From: an uncultured virus (IMG/VR IMGVR_UViG_3300031787_000087)
Lineage: Duplodnaviria > Heunggongvirae > Uroviricota > Caudoviricetes
Direction: 5' to 3' (one strand)
Length of the DNA stretch: 64,000 bases
Virus record (IMG/VR): IMGVR_UViG_3300031787_000087
Shown here: piece after piece, positions 27,627 through 37,288 of the stretch
How the letters are laid out: each line of letters starts with the position of its first letter
Numbering within the stretch: the first letter of the stretch is position 1
Program-made: the position numbers and the translations under genes
Notes under the pieces: model-generated
The model's input: only the letters and a program-made list of their open reading frames with translations
Database searches by the model: none
Told to the model about the DNA's origin: nothing

Positions 27627-30131
27627 ATGGCAACAGGCATGATGGACAAAGGTTTGTATCAGGCACCGATGGGGCTTGCTGATATGGTGGACGAAGAACC
27701 AATCGAGATCGAGATTGAAGACCCAGAGTCTATAGATATCCACGTAGGCGATATAGAAATTCAGATTAAACCTGAAAAAGAAACAGCAGAATCTTTTGAT
27801 GCCAACCTTGCCGAGTACATGGACGAGGGTGACTTGTCTGGACTAGCAAATGATTTAGTAAGCGACTTTGATAAAGACATCATGGATCGCAGAGACTGGA
27901 TCAAGACGTATGTCGATGGTCTGAAGTTGCTTGGTTTGAACTATGAAGAAAGAACTGAACCTTGGCAGGGTGCGTGTGGCGTGTTCCACCCGATGCTTAC
28001 CGAGTCAGTCGTACGTTTCCAATCAGAAGCCATGATGGAGACATTTCCAGCACAAGGTCCTGTGAAGACCCAGATTGTTGGCGCTATCAATAAGTTACGC
28101 GAAGAAGCCGCCGAGCGCGTGCGTGACGACATGAACTATCAGCTCACAGATGTGATGACTGAGTACAGACCTGAACACGAGAAAATGCTGTGGTCGCTAC
28201 CACTAGCAGGTAGCGCATTCAAGAAAGTTTACTTCGATCCGGCTAAGGGTCGTCAAGTTGCTGTGTTTATCCCAGCAGAAGACATTGTTGTTCCGTACGG
28301 AAGCTCAAATATTGAAGATTCTGAGCGTGTTACTCATGTCATGCGCAAGACTGAACAAGAAGTGGTCAGGTTGCAAGAAGCTGGGTTCTACGCAGATGTT
28401 GATCTAGGCGAGCCGGGCTATGAGTTAGACGACATTGAGAAGCAGAAGGCTGAAGAGACAGGGATGAACGCGACCCAAGATGATCGCTTCCGCATCCTTG
28501 AAATGCATGTTAATTTAGACCTAAAAGGGTTTGAGCATACAGATAAAAAAGGTCGTGAGACTGGGATTGCGCTACCGTATGTAGTTACCATAGAGAAAGG
28601 CACGCGCACTATCTTAGCTATTAGGAGAAATTGGTATGAAGACGACATCCTCCACACAAAGCGACAGCACTTTGTCCACTACCAATACATCCCCGGTTTT
28701 GGCTTCTATGGTTACGGTCTTATCCACCTTATCGGAGGCTACGCGAAATCAGCAACGATGCTCATCCGCCAACTTGTTGACGCGGGCACTCTATCTAATC
28801 TCCCCGGCGGACTTAAATCAAGAGGACTTCGGATTAAAGGTGATGACACGCCGATCCAACCCGGAGAATTCAGGGACGTAGATGTCCCTTCCGGAAGCAT
28901 CCGTGACAACATATTACCACTCCCGTACAAGGAGCCATCACAAGTTTTAATGGCTCTGTTTCAGCAGATTGTCCAAGAAGGCCGGGCATTTGCTTCATCA
29001 GGGGATATGAATGTCTCAGACATGAGCAATGAAGCTCCTGTAGGCACGACGTTAGCAATATTAGAGCGCACTCTTAAAGTAGTTACTGCGGTGCAAGCCC
29101 GTCTGCACTACACAATGAAACAAGAGTTCAAGCTCTTAAAAGTGATTATTGCGGATTACACACCAGAAGAGTACGACTACGAGCCAGAAGACGCTAATCG
29201 TAAGGCTAAGAAATCGGATTATGACTCGACAGACGTCATTCCAGTCAGTGATCCTAATGCTGCGACTATGGCGCAGAAAATTGTTACGTATCAGGCCGTG
29301 TTGCAGCTAGCGCAACAAGCACCACAGTTGTATGACTTAGCACTTTTACATCGTCAGATGATTGAGGTGTTAGGCGTGAAAAACGCTGATAAGTTAGTCA
29401 AGACTGAGGATGACGCAGAACCTACCGACCCAATCCAAGAGAACCAAGACATTCTTACTCACAAGCCTGTCAAAGCGTTTATGGAGCAAAACCATCAAGC
29501 ACACATTGCTGTACATATGGCTGCAATCCAAGACCCTAAGATTCAACAGTTGATGCAGATGAACCCACAAGCTCAAGTGATTATGGCTGCGGCTATGGCT
29601 CACGTAAACGAGCACATTGCGTTTGAGTATCGTCGTACGATGGAAGAAGCAATGGGCATCGTCTTGCCGGGTAAAGAAGAAAATGGCGAGAAGAAAAAAC
29701 GTGTACCACCAGAAATGGCGGATCAGATTGCTATTAAGGCCGCACAAGCCGCACAGCAGTTACTGCAACAAAACCAGCAAGAAGCTCAACAACAAGCCGC
29801 GCAACAGAAACTGCAAGACCCGATTGTCCAGATGCAAATGCAGGAGTTGCAACTCAAACAGCAAGACCTACAACTCAAAGCACAGAAGCAACAAGTCGAT
29901 GCTGCTGAGAAAGCTGACCGTATACGTGTTGAAGAATCACGCATCCAAGCGCAGATGCAAATTGCTGCGATGCAAGTCGGTGCTCAATCTGCTGCCGCTA
30001 AAGATAAAGCTCAGAAACAGCAACAGGCTGAAGGTTTACGCATGGGTATTGATGCAGCTAAACATAAAGCGCAGATGGCTGTGCAGATGGCTCAACAGCG
30101 TTCACAACAAAATAAAAAGGGAGATAAATGA
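27627..30131 (+). CDS. Portal protein (P22-like, Gln-rich barrel tail)
   Basis: 834 aa after TerL; LAGSAFKKVY, FYGYGL; long Q-rich coiled-coil C-terminus. Confidence 0.88.
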   Translation: MATGMMDKGLYQAPMGLADMVDEEPIEIEIEDPESIDIHVGDIEIQIKPEKETAESFDANLAEYMDEGDLSGLANDLVSDFDKDIMDRRDWIKTYVDGLKLLGLNYEERTEPWQGACGVFHPMLTESVVRFQSEAMMETFPAQGPVKTQIVGAINKLREEAAERVRDDMNYQLTDVMTEYRPEHEKMLWSLPLAGSAFKKVYFDPAKGRQVAVFIPAEDIVVPYGSSNIEDSERVTHVMRKTEQEVVRLQEAGFYADVDLGEPGYELDDIEKQKAEETGMNATQDDRFRILEMHVNLDLKGFEHTDKKGRETGIALPYVVTIEKGTRTILAIRRNWYEDDILHTKRQHFVHYQYIPGFGFYGYGLIHLIGGYAKSATMLIRQLVDAGTLSNLPGGLKSRGLRIKGDDTPIQPGEFRDVDVPSGSIRDNILPLPYKEPSQVLMALFQQIVQEGRAFASSGDMNVSDMSNEAPVGTTLAILERTLKVVTAVQARLHYTMKQEFKLLKVIIADYTPEEYDYEPEDANRKAKKSDYDSTDVIPVSDPNAATMAQKIVTYQAVLQLAQQAPQLYDLALLHRQMIEVLGVKNADKLVKTEDDAEPTDPIQENQDILTHKPVKAFMEQNHQAHIAVHMAAIQDPKIQQLMQMNPQAQVIMAAAMAHVNEHIAFEYRRTMEEAMGIVLPGKEENGEKKKRVPPEMADQIAIKAAQAAQQLLQQNQQEAQQQAAQQKLQDPIVQMQMQELQLKQQDLQLKAQKQQVDAAEKADRIRVEESRIQAQMQIAAMQVGAQSAAAKDKAQKQQQAEGLRMGIDAAKHKAQMAVQMAQQRSQQNKKGDK

Positions 30132-30322
30132 GCAACCAAACATTTGGTTATTTAGCTTCGGAGATTGACAAGCTCCGTCGTGATCAAGTTACCTTCCTCG
30201 CAGGAGGAGGTGCAAAAGATTTCGCCGAGTATCGGCATGTCTGCGGTGTCATCCGGGGTCTGACACATGCAGAACAACTTGTCAAAGACCTTGTGCAAAA
30301 AATGGAGTATTCCGATGAGTGA
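30128..30322 (+). CDS. Small conserved head-region protein
   Basis: 64 aa, D..EYR...G.IRGL motif, coupled to portal. Confidence 0.7.
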   Translation: MSNQTFGYLASEIDKLRRDQVTFLAGGGAKDFAEYRHVCGVIRGLTHAEQLVKDLVQKMEYSDE

Positions 30323-30725
30323 GTTTGATGTTTCCGCTGTGGACTTGTCCGGCATTTTGAATGCTAGTAACGAAGACAAGGCTAAACAGTTGCCCGATCC
30401 ATCTACCTATTACATGTTGACTGTCGTTCCTGAAGCGATAGAAGAATATGCTGATAGTGAGGTTGGATTGATTAAAGACAGCAAAACCATGTACTACGAA
30501 GAAGTGCTGACCCCAGTATTGTTTGTAGTGAAGATGGGACCTGACTGTTACAAAGACGCTACCCGCTTTCCAAGTGGTTCTAGCTGCAAAGTTGGCGACT
30601 TCGTTGTCGTCCGCCCCAATTCAGGCACCCGCCTGAAAATTCATGGTCGTGAGTTTCGCATCATTGCGGATACCTCAGTCGAGGCCATTGTTGAAGACCC
30701 ACGCGGAATTAGTCGCGCTGCTTAA
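30315..30725 (+). CDS. groES: GroES-like co-chaperonin
   Basis: LPDP..Y.ML, VVKMGPDCY, CKVGDFVV, SGTRLKIHGREFRII.D..V.AIV. Confidence 0.82.
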   Translation: MSEFDVSAVDLSGILNASNEDKAKQLPDPSTYYMLTVVPEAIEEYADSEVGLIKDSKTMYYEEVLTPVLFVVKMGPDCYKDATRFPSGSSCKVGDFVVVRPNSGTRLKIHGREFRIIADTSVEAIVEDPRGISRAA

Positions 30726-30737
30726 AAAGGATAAATC

Positions 30738-31718
30738 ATGGCATTACCTGAATTTGAATTACCCGATCCTGATAAACAGGATGTTGCTGCTGAAGACGAA
30801 AAGTTTGAAGTAGAAATCGAAGACGATACCCCCGTAGAGGACAGGGGCCGTAAACCCGCTAAGGAACCTGTAGATGAAGTAACAGACGAAGAATTGTCAA
30901 GTTATGACGAAAAGGTTCAAAAACGAATAAAAAAGTTTACACGCGGATATCATGACGAGCGTCGTGCCAAGGAAGAGGCACAGCGTGAGCGTGAGGCGGC
31001 TGAGACCTTTGCACGTCAAGTATTTGAGGAAAATAAACGCCTTCAACAGCAGCTTTCCACAGGAAGCCAAGCTTATATTGAGACGTCTAAAAGCGCTGCT
31101 GAAGCTGAGTTGGTATCAGCTAAACAACGTTATAAGAAGGCTTACGAAGAAGCCGACGTAGATGCACTAACTGAAGCGCAGGCAGAGATTGCTCAAGCCA
31201 CATTGAAGTTAGATAAGGCTCAAGGTTTAAAACCCATCGAGGTTGAAGAACGTGAGATGCCTACTCCTCAACGTGCAGAGCCTGAGAAAAAGCAGACTCC
31301 ACGCACCCAAAAGTGGTTGGATAACAACAATGATTGGTTCGGAGTGGACGATGAGATGACTATGACTGCGGTAGGACTTGACAGAAAGCTCCAACGCGAG
31401 TATGGTGCGGACTATATAGGTACTGAAGAGTACTTTAAAACCATCGATAAAACGATGCGCAAAAGATTTCCTGAACATTTCGATGATCAGAGCCAAGAGG
31501 ATGACGAGCCGCCTCCAAGAAAAAGAGCTGAACCGGTTTACGAGGAAGATGAACCTCCACGCCGTGCTCAAAAAATCACTAATGTTGTAGCTCCGGCTTC
31601 ACGTAGTACTCCACCCAATCGTATTCGGTTAAAGGCATCCGAAGCCGCGATCGCTCGCAGGCTTGGGGTTCCGATTGAAGAATATGCTAAACAGGTTGCA
31701 CAACTTAAAAGAGGTTAA
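30738..31718 (+). CDS. Capsid scaffolding protein
   Basis: Acidic coiled coil, W...N.WFG motif, C-terminal IARRLGV..EEYAK, upstream of capsid. Confidence 0.7.
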   Translation: MALPEFELPDPDKQDVAAEDEKFEVEIEDDTPVEDRGRKPAKEPVDEVTDEELSSYDEKVQKRIKKFTRGYHDERRAKEEAQREREAAETFARQVFEENKRLQQQLSTGSQAYIETSKSAAEAELVSAKQRYKKAYEEADVDALTEAQAEIAQATLKLDKAQGLKPIEVEEREMPTPQRAEPEKKQTPRTQKWLDNNNDWFGVDDEMTMTAVGLDRKLQREYGADYIGTEEYFKTIDKTMRKRFPEHFDDQSQEDDEPPPRKRAEPVYEEDEPPRRAQKITNVVAPASRSTPPNRIRLKASEAAIARRLGVPIEEYAKQVAQLKRG

Positions 31719-31720
31719 AT

Positions 31721-32194
31721 ATGGATCAGGTTAAAACTGCCGAAAAGGCACAAAATCGTTTGTCTCGTGAACTCGATACGCGTGCAGCAATGCAGCGTCC
31801 CACTTCGTGGAGAGCTCCCGAAACTTTACCGTCACCTAATCCGCGTGAAGGCATCACACACCGCTGGGTAAGAGCCAGCATGATGGGACAGCCTGACGTA
31901 CAAAACATCTCTGGCAAGTTGAGAGAAGGATATGAACCCTGCAAAGCAGAAGATTATCCTGAAATGATGATGCACGCTTCTACTGAAGGTCGCTTTAAAG
32001 GCAACATTGAGGTGGGAGGTTTGGTTCTCTGTAGCATTCCAACGGAGTTTTTGAAACAACGAGAGGCTCACTTCTCGAAGATCAACAAAGACACGATGGA
32101 GTCTGTAGATAACAATTTCATGAAAGACAGTCACCCAACCATGTCGAAGTTTTCCGAAAAGTCGACAAAGGTGACGTTTGGTTCTGGCACTTAA
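31721..32194 (+). CDS. Conserved head-region protein
   Basis: 157 aa; RWVR, LREGYEP, GGLVLC. Confidence 0.7.
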   Translation: MDQVKTAEKAQNRLSRELDTRAAMQRPTSWRAPETLPSPNPREGITHRWVRASMMGQPDVQNISGKLREGYEPCKAEDYPEMMMHASTEGRFKGNIEVGGLVLCSIPTEFLKQREAHFSKINKDTMESVDNNFMKDSHPTMSKFSEKSTKVTFGSGT

Positions 32195-32213
32195 ATTTTT
32201 AAAGGAGTCTTAA

Positions 32214-33044
32214 ATGGCTTACCCCGTTGTTAACGCCCCATATGGGCTAAAGCCGATCAATCTGATCGGTGGTCAGGTATTTGCAGGTTCTACCCGCGAA
32301 TATCCGATCCCATACGGATACGCGACTAGCATTTTCTACGGTGATCTCGTTGGATTGACCCGTGGCAATGTACAGCGCTTGTCTGTTTCTACTGGTACTC
32401 TTGGTACTGTTACAGGTGTCTTCTTGGGTTGTTCTTATACAAACCCAACCACCAAACAAAAGCAATTTGCTCAATACTGGCCCGCTTCAACAACGGCTGG
32501 TGACGCAGTTGCTATTGTTTGTGATGATCCTGACACAGTGTTCAAGGCTGTCGTTTGTAATACCGGTACTACTGTTGCTTCAGGCGCTCGCGCCATGATT
32601 GGTCAAAACTTGGCTATGATTAACAACACTGGTAACGTGAATACTGGCGACTCTGCTAACGCTTTGTTGGCTCCTAGCGATACACCCGCTACTACCGATG
32701 CGTTGCCAATCCGTGTTTTGGGCTTAGTGCCTGACACCGTTGTCACCTTGGGTTCTGTTACCTACACTAGCATTTCTACCGCTACTGTTACCTGCTCTGC
32801 TTTGCCTTTTGCATTGCCTGTTGGTACAGACGTTGGTTCACTTGCTTCTAACGGTCAGTACATCCCTTCGGGTTCGTTTGTTGATACAGCAGCTTCTGCT
32901 GGCGCAACATCGTTTATCTTGAACCAAGCGCCTGTAGCTGCTTTTGCTAGTAGCTCCACCATTGTGTTCGCACAGTACCCAGAGTTGCTGGTTAAGTTGA
33001 ACTTCGGTCAACACCAGTATTACGCTGCCACAAGCATTGCTTAA
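32214..33044 (+). CDS. Capsid decoration/cement protein
   Basis: APYGLKP, IFYGDLV, GVFLGC.Y, DDPD..F; directly upstream of MCP. Confidence 0.6.
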   Translation: MAYPVVNAPYGLKPINLIGGQVFAGSTREYPIPYGYATSIFYGDLVGLTRGNVQRLSVSTGTLGTVTGVFLGCSYTNPTTKQKQFAQYWPASTTAGDAVAIVCDDPDTVFKAVVCNTGTTVASGARAMIGQNLAMINNTGNVNTGDSANALLAPSDTPATTDALPIRVLGLVPDTVVTLGSVTYTSISTATVTCSALPFALPVGTDVGSLASNGQYIPSGSFVDTAASAGATSFILNQAPVAAFASSSTIVFAQYPELLVKLNFGQHQYYAATSIA

Positions 33045-33057
33045 GGAGTAATTTAAA

Positions 33058-33969
33058 ATGGCTATTTCACGCGCACAACTACTTAAAGAACTCCTTCCCG
33101 GCTTAAATGCTTTGTTCGGCCTCGAGTACGCCCGTTATGGTGAGGAACATAAAGAGATTTATGAAACCGAAACCTCAGAGCGTTCTTTTGAAGAAGAGAC
33201 CAAACTGTCTGGCTTCTCTGCCGCACCAGTCAAAAACGAAGGTTCTGCCATCGCTTATGACAATGCTCAAGAGGCATGGACAACTCGCTACAACCACGAA
33301 ACCATTGCTTTGGGTTTCTCAATCACTGAAGAAGCGATTGAAGATAACTTGTACGACAGCTTGTCTGCTCGCTACACCAAAGGTTTGGCTCGTGCTATGG
33401 CTTACACCAAGCAGATCAAAGCTGCTGCCGTGTTGAACAATGGCTTCTCTCCCCTGTATACAGGCGGCGACGGTCAACCTTTGTTCTCTACTGCTCATCC
33501 TTTGGTTGCTGGCGGTGTCAACTCCAACACTCCATCTACCCAAACTGACTTGAACGAGACTTCTCTTGAAGCCGCCGTTATTCAAATCGCTGCTTGGACT
33601 GATGAGCGTGGACTGTTGATCGCTGCTAAGCCTAAGAAGTTGATCATCCCACCAGCACTGCAATTCGTTGCTACTCGTCTGTTAGAAACCAGCCTCCGCG
33701 TTGGCACTAACAACAACGACATCAACGCGATCAAGAATAATGGCGCGATCCCAGAGGGATACACCATTAACCATTACTTGACCGACACCAGCGCTTGGTT
33801 CTTGACAACTGACGTACCTAACGGTTTGAAGCATTTCATCCGCACTCCGCTGCAAAACAGCATGGACGGTGACTTCGATACCGGTAACGTTCGTTACAAG
33901 GCTCGTGAGCGTTACAGCTTCGGCTGGTCTGATCCTTTAGGCATGTTTGCCTCTTCAGGTTCATACTAA
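33058..33969 (+). CDS. Major capsid protein
   Basis: MAISRAQLLKELLPGLNALFG, DGQPLFSTAHP, KLIIPP, DFDTGNVRYKARERYSFGWSD; followed by terminator. Confidence 0.92.
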   Translation: MAISRAQLLKELLPGLNALFGLEYARYGEEHKEIYETETSERSFEEETKLSGFSAAPVKNEGSAIAYDNAQEAWTTRYNHETIALGFSITEEAIEDNLYDSLSARYTKGLARAMAYTKQIKAAAVLNNGFSPLYTGGDGQPLFSTAHPLVAGGVNSNTPSTQTDLNETSLEAAVIQIAAWTDERGLLIAAKPKKLIIPPALQFVATRLLETSLRVGTNNNDINAIKNNGAIPEGYTINHYLTDTSAWFLTTDVPNGLKHFIRTPLQNSMDGDFDTGNVRYKARERYSFGWSDPLGMFASSGSY

Positions 33970-33972
33970 AAG

Positions 33973-33998
33973 AAAGGGGGTCACAAGCCCCCTTTTTT
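33973..33998 (+). terminator. Intrinsic terminator after MCP
   Basis: AAAGGGGG-TCACAAG-CCCCCTTTTTT. Confidence 0.8.
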
Positions 33999-33999
33999 A

Positions 34000-34027
34000 T
34001 TGACATCATAGAAATATGGTGTATATT
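34000..34027 (+). promoter_or_regulatory. Sigma70-like promoter
   Basis: TTGACA-16 nt-TATATT. Confidence 0.6.
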
Positions 34028-34035
34028 TCAAACAT

Positions 34036-34107
34036 CTGGGTGATTGACTCTACCGGACTGCCCCAGCAGACGATGCAACGATTGGTAGAGTTACTTTTGC
34101 ATAAGGA
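34036..34107 (+). ncRNA. Candidate double-pseudoknot leader RNA
   Basis: Three crossing helices: 34036-40/34062-66, 34045-56/34082-93, 34073-78/34097-102, ending at SD AAGGA. Confidence 0.55.
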
Positions 34108-34115
34108 CTTTTGTC

Positions 34116-34805
34116 ATGGCACGTTCCACATTTGAAGGCCCAGTTCTATCTGGCACACAGCGTTTTGGTAATTTCCGTAACGTAGGCTACGCAAGCCTCG
34201 TTCAATCAGCGACTTTAAACATCGCTAACACCACAGCAAACACTGCTGGTTTTGGTGGCTCTTCTGGTCAATTTGTTGACTCAAACAACATCCCTAACGG
34301 CATAACAACCGTTTACACACCTAGCACTTCTACTACATACACTGCAACCAGCATCCCTGCTGACTCTGCTACCGTGTACCGTGGCTTTGTGGCATACCTC
34401 CCAGCAGGTAGCCGCATCAACGACATCTTCGTTGATATTGGTGTTATCACTACCTTCACCAGCGGTTCTTTGACCTCTATCCAAGTTAACGTCAGCAATG
34501 ATTATGTTGCCGCTACAGGTACTTGCACATACGCACAGACAGCAGTATTAACTTCTCCAGCAGTGGGTCGTCAATCATTCAATGCGTTTACTGCAACTCA
34601 GTTGGCTAACCAGCAATCTACTTCTACCGATATCATCCAGATAAATGGCGAACCACCTTTGTCTCAAGTGGTGTTTACAGTAGCGTCTATCAACGGCACT
34701 AACGTAGCGATTACAGGTGGTACTTACTACTTCACAATCCGCTACACACAGCCTGATGGCAACATCGGTACAACTACTACTTACCCATACGGTAACTTTG
34801 ACTAA
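34116..34805 (+). CDS. Virion structural protein (head spike/decoration-like)
   Basis: MARSTFEGPV start, LPAGS.I.DI..D jelly-roll-like pattern, Thr/Ser rich. Confidence 0.6.
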   Translation: MARSTFEGPVLSGTQRFGNFRNVGYASLVQSATLNIANTTANTAGFGGSSGQFVDSNNIPNGITTVYTPSTSTTYTATSIPADSATVYRGFVAYLPAGSRINDIFVDIGVITTFTSGSLTSIQVNVSNDYVAATGTCTYAQTAVLTSPAVGRQSFNAFTATQLANQQSTSTDIIQINGEPPLSQVVFTVASINGTNVAITGGTYYFTIRYTQPDGNIGTTTTYPYGNFD

Positions 34806-34814
34806 TCAGTCCTA

Positions 34815-34836
34815 GGGGCTTCGGCCCCTTGTTTTT
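34815..34836 (+). terminator. Intrinsic terminator
   Basis: AGGGGC-TTCG-GCCCCT then TGTTTTT. Confidence 0.8.
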
Positions 34837-34853
34837 AAACAAGGAGATTGATT

Positions 34854-35138
34854 ATGATGCAAACTGACGTAAAAGCCGTCCATCTAGACGCAAGCGGTGT
34901 GGGATATGCTGGTCGAACCAGAGTTCGTGGTTATCAAGTAGCCCCCGGTGGCACGGCTGGAGAAATTCAGTTTTACGATAACGCTACTACAAATGCTGGT
35001 AGGAACTCTTTAACCCTGCACGTCACAACTAACACCGCCGTTATTGCTACGTTAATTCCCGCAGAAGGCATTTTGTTTGAAAACGGGTTTTATGTAGTCC
35101 TACCAACCAGCGCATCTATTACGGTGTTTTATGGCTAG
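34854..35138 (+). CDS. Small virion protein
   Basis: MMQTDVKA...IP.EGILF..G......TVFYG; AGGAG SD. Confidence 0.65.
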   Translation: MMQTDVKAVHLDASGVGYAGRTRVRGYQVAPGGTAGEIQFYDNATTNAGRNSLTLHVTTNTAVIATLIPAEGILFENGFYVVLPTSASITVFYG

Positions 35139-35442
35139 CCCCGCATGGACACGCAAAGAAGGCAAGAACCCCAACGGCGGGCTGAACGCCAAGGGGCGAG
35201 CCTCCGCGAAAAAGCAAGGGATGAACTTGAAACCGCCGCAACCCGAGGGCGGCTCAAGGCGCGACTCTTTCTGCGCTCGTATGAGTGGGATGAAAAAGAA
35301 ATTGACATCCGCAAAAACAGCGAACGACCCGAACTCTAGGATTAACAAGAGTCTTAGAGCGTGGAACTGCGCTGAAGGCGGGTATGTAAATTCAGCAGAT
35401 GGAATTGCCCAGAAGGGCAAGACCAAAGGAAGGATATGCTAA
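35131..35442 (+). CDS. Small basic protein with C-terminal GKTKG tag
   Basis: GGLNAKGR, RR.SFCARM, SLRAWNC then AEGG...ADGIAQKGKTKGRIC. Confidence 0.75.
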   Translation: MASPAWTRKEGKNPNGGLNAKGRASAKKQGMNLKPPQPEGGSRRDSFCARMSGMKKKLTSAKTANDPNSRINKSLRAWNCAEGGYVNSADGIAQKGKTKGRIC

Positions 35443-35630
35443 TGTCTGATCTTGAATTGACCGACCGCGAACGATTGATCGCTAAAGAAGCGGCAAAGCT
35501 TGCTATCGAAGAGATGTCTTCAGAGTTTTACAAAAAGATTGGTAAGACTGTTGTGGAGAAGTTTCTGATCGGAGTAGGTTTATTGGTCGTTGGCTTCTTT
35601 GTTGGCAAGGGCTGGATTGTTAAGGTCTAA
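35436..35630 (+). CDS. Small membrane protein
   Basis: 64 aa with C-terminal hydrophobic helix. Confidence 0.6.
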   Translation: MLMSDLELTDRERLIAKEAAKLAIEEMSSEFYKKIGKTVVEKFLIGVGLLVVGFFVGKGWIVKV

Positions 35631-35631
35631 C

Positions 35632-36108
35632 ATGCCAAGCACAAGCAAAAAACAACACAATTTCATGGCGGCGGTGGCTAACAACCCTAAGTTTGCCAAG
35701 AAAGCAGGAGTACCACAGTCTGTTGGCAAAGAATTTGAGTCAGCAGATAAGGGTATGAAATTTGGTTCTAGTGGCACTAGAGCTGATCGTCAGGGTGTAA
35801 ACAAGCCGAAAACCAATCACGGTAATGCGGCACTTTTTAAACAAGGTGGAACTATGGCTACAAAAATGGGTAAACCAACAATGAAGGCTGGCATGAGCAC
35901 GGCTAAAGATGGCATGAAAAAGCCTACTCCTATGGCTAAAACCGACATGGCAGGTAGCATGATGGGTATGAAAAAAGGCGGTATGCCCATGAAGATGAAA
36001 GATGGCAAAAAAGTGCCTATTTTCGCGGCTAAAGGTGGTGGCATTGAGTCCAAGGGTAAAACCAAAGGCAAGATGATTACTATGAACAAGGGCGGCAAAG
36101 CCTGCTAA
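35632..36108 (+). CDS. Lys/Met/Gly-rich basic protein
   Basis: MPSTSKKQHNFMAAVANNPKFAKK; repeated xKxGG; GIESKGKTKGKM. Confidence 0.75.
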   Translation: MPSTSKKQHNFMAAVANNPKFAKKAGVPQSVGKEFESADKGMKFGSSGTRADRQGVNKPKTNHGNAALFKQGGTMATKMGKPTMKAGMSTAKDGMKKPTPMAKTDMAGSMMGMKKGGMPMKMKDGKKVPIFAAKGGGIESKGKTKGKMITMNKGGKAC

Positions 36109-36117
36109 GGAACGGTC

Positions 36118-36330
36118 ATGGCAGATGTTAAATACCCAGACTACACCCCAGTAGACGAACCTGTTCGCACAGGCCCTAAACCCGCAGAACCCGGTAGTGG
36201 CATTAGGGTTGAAAAAGAACCCGCGCCTAAACCTGCTCCAAAGGTAGTCAAAAAAGCTGCTGGTGGCTCTGCCTCTTCTCGTGCAGACGGATGTTGCACT
36301 AAGGGTAAAACCCGTGGGAAGATGATGTAA
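36118..36330 (+). CDS. Small Pro-rich protein with GKTRG tag
   Basis: AAGGSASSRADGCCTKGKTRGKMM; AAGGA SD. Confidence 0.7.
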   Translation: MADVKYPDYTPVDEPVRTGPKPAEPGSGIRVEKEPAPKPAPKVVKKAAGGSASSRADGCCTKGKTRGKMM

Positions 36331-36332
36331 CT

Positions 36333-36608
36333 ATGATGTCAAGTCGCGGTATGGGCGCTATCAGCCCCTCCAAGATGCCCAAGGGTAAAAGAACTGCCCG
36401 AAGGGATGACACCGACTTCACACAATATGCTGAGGGCGGGAAAGTTAACGCCGCTGGCAACTACACAAAACCCAGTCTGCGCAAGCGGATTGTGTCTCAG
36501 GTGAAGGCCGCAGCAACGCAGGGCACAGGTGCAGGACAATGGTCAGCACGTAAAAGCCAATTAGTTGCTAAAAAATATAAAGCAGCGGGCGGGGGCTACC
36601 GTGACTGA
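36333..36608 (+). CDS. Small basic protein
   Basis: SRGMGAI, YAEGG, NYTKP.LR, GQWSARK.Q....YK..GGGY. Confidence 0.75.
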   Translation: MMSSRGMGAISPSKMPKGKRTARRDDTDFTQYAEGGKVNAAGNYTKPSLRKRIVSQVKAAATQGTGAGQWSARKSQLVAKKYKAAGGGYRD

Positions 36609-37059
36609 GGCCACTAAGACTTGTACGGATTGTGGAGAAACAAAACAGCTATCTGCTTTTCGCAGCCGTGGCGGTCAACTGGCGCATCTGTACAAAAGTC
36701 ATTGCAATACTTGTCTATACAAACGACATAAAGATTGGGCTGAAGATAACCAACATCGAATCGCAGATTACCGAGAAAAAGACCCGTGGACATTGGCTAA
36801 GAGATGTAGTCGCCGTGGAATAACTCCAGAACAGCTTGTTGAGCGGTATGAACGGCAAGAAGGTTGTTGCGCAATTTGTAAGGTAGAAATTACGTTAATT
36901 GACAGCGCAATAGATCACAACCACGATACCGGAGAGTTTCGCGGTGTATTGTGTAAGCAGTGTAATCGTGCTTTGGGCATGTTTAAAGACGATCCCGCAG
37001 TACTACATAACGCATTAGAATATTTAGAAGCGTTTGGGAGCTATGGAAATGGCACTTAA
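36601..37059 (+). CDS. Endonuclease VII-family (His-Me finger) putative homing endonuclease
   Basis: N-terminal CTDC...C..C; Q.G.CAIC...IDHNHDTGEFRGVLCKQCNRALG; overlaps both neighbours. Confidence 0.85.
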   Translation: MTEATKTCTDCGETKQLSAFRSRGGQLAHLYKSHCNTCLYKRHKDWAEDNQHRIADYREKDPWTLAKRCSRRGITPEQLVERYERQEGCCAICKVEITLIDSAIDHNHDTGEFRGVLCKQCNRALGMFKDDPAVLHNALEYLEAFGSYGNGT

Positions 37060-37288
37060 AGCGCCACAGCAGTCCTTAAAAAACTGGGGTGACCAAAAAT
37101 GGAGAACCAAAAGTGGAAAACCGTCTAGTAAAACAGGTGAGCGATACCTTCCAGAAGCTGCGATCAAAAGTCTCAGCCCTGCTGAGTACGCTGCAACAAC
37201 GCGTGCGAAACGCGCTGGCAAAAAAGCCGGAAAACAATTCGTAGCACAGCCTAAAGGCATAGCAAAGAAAACAGCAGGCTTTAGATAA
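37049..37288 (+). CDS. Small basic protein
   Basis: QQSLKNW..QKWRTKSGKPS..TGERYLP. Confidence 0.7.
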   Translation: MALKAPQQSLKNWGDQKWRTKSGKPSSKTGERYLPEAAIKSLSPAEYAATTRAKRAGKKAGKQFVAQPKGIAKKTAGFR

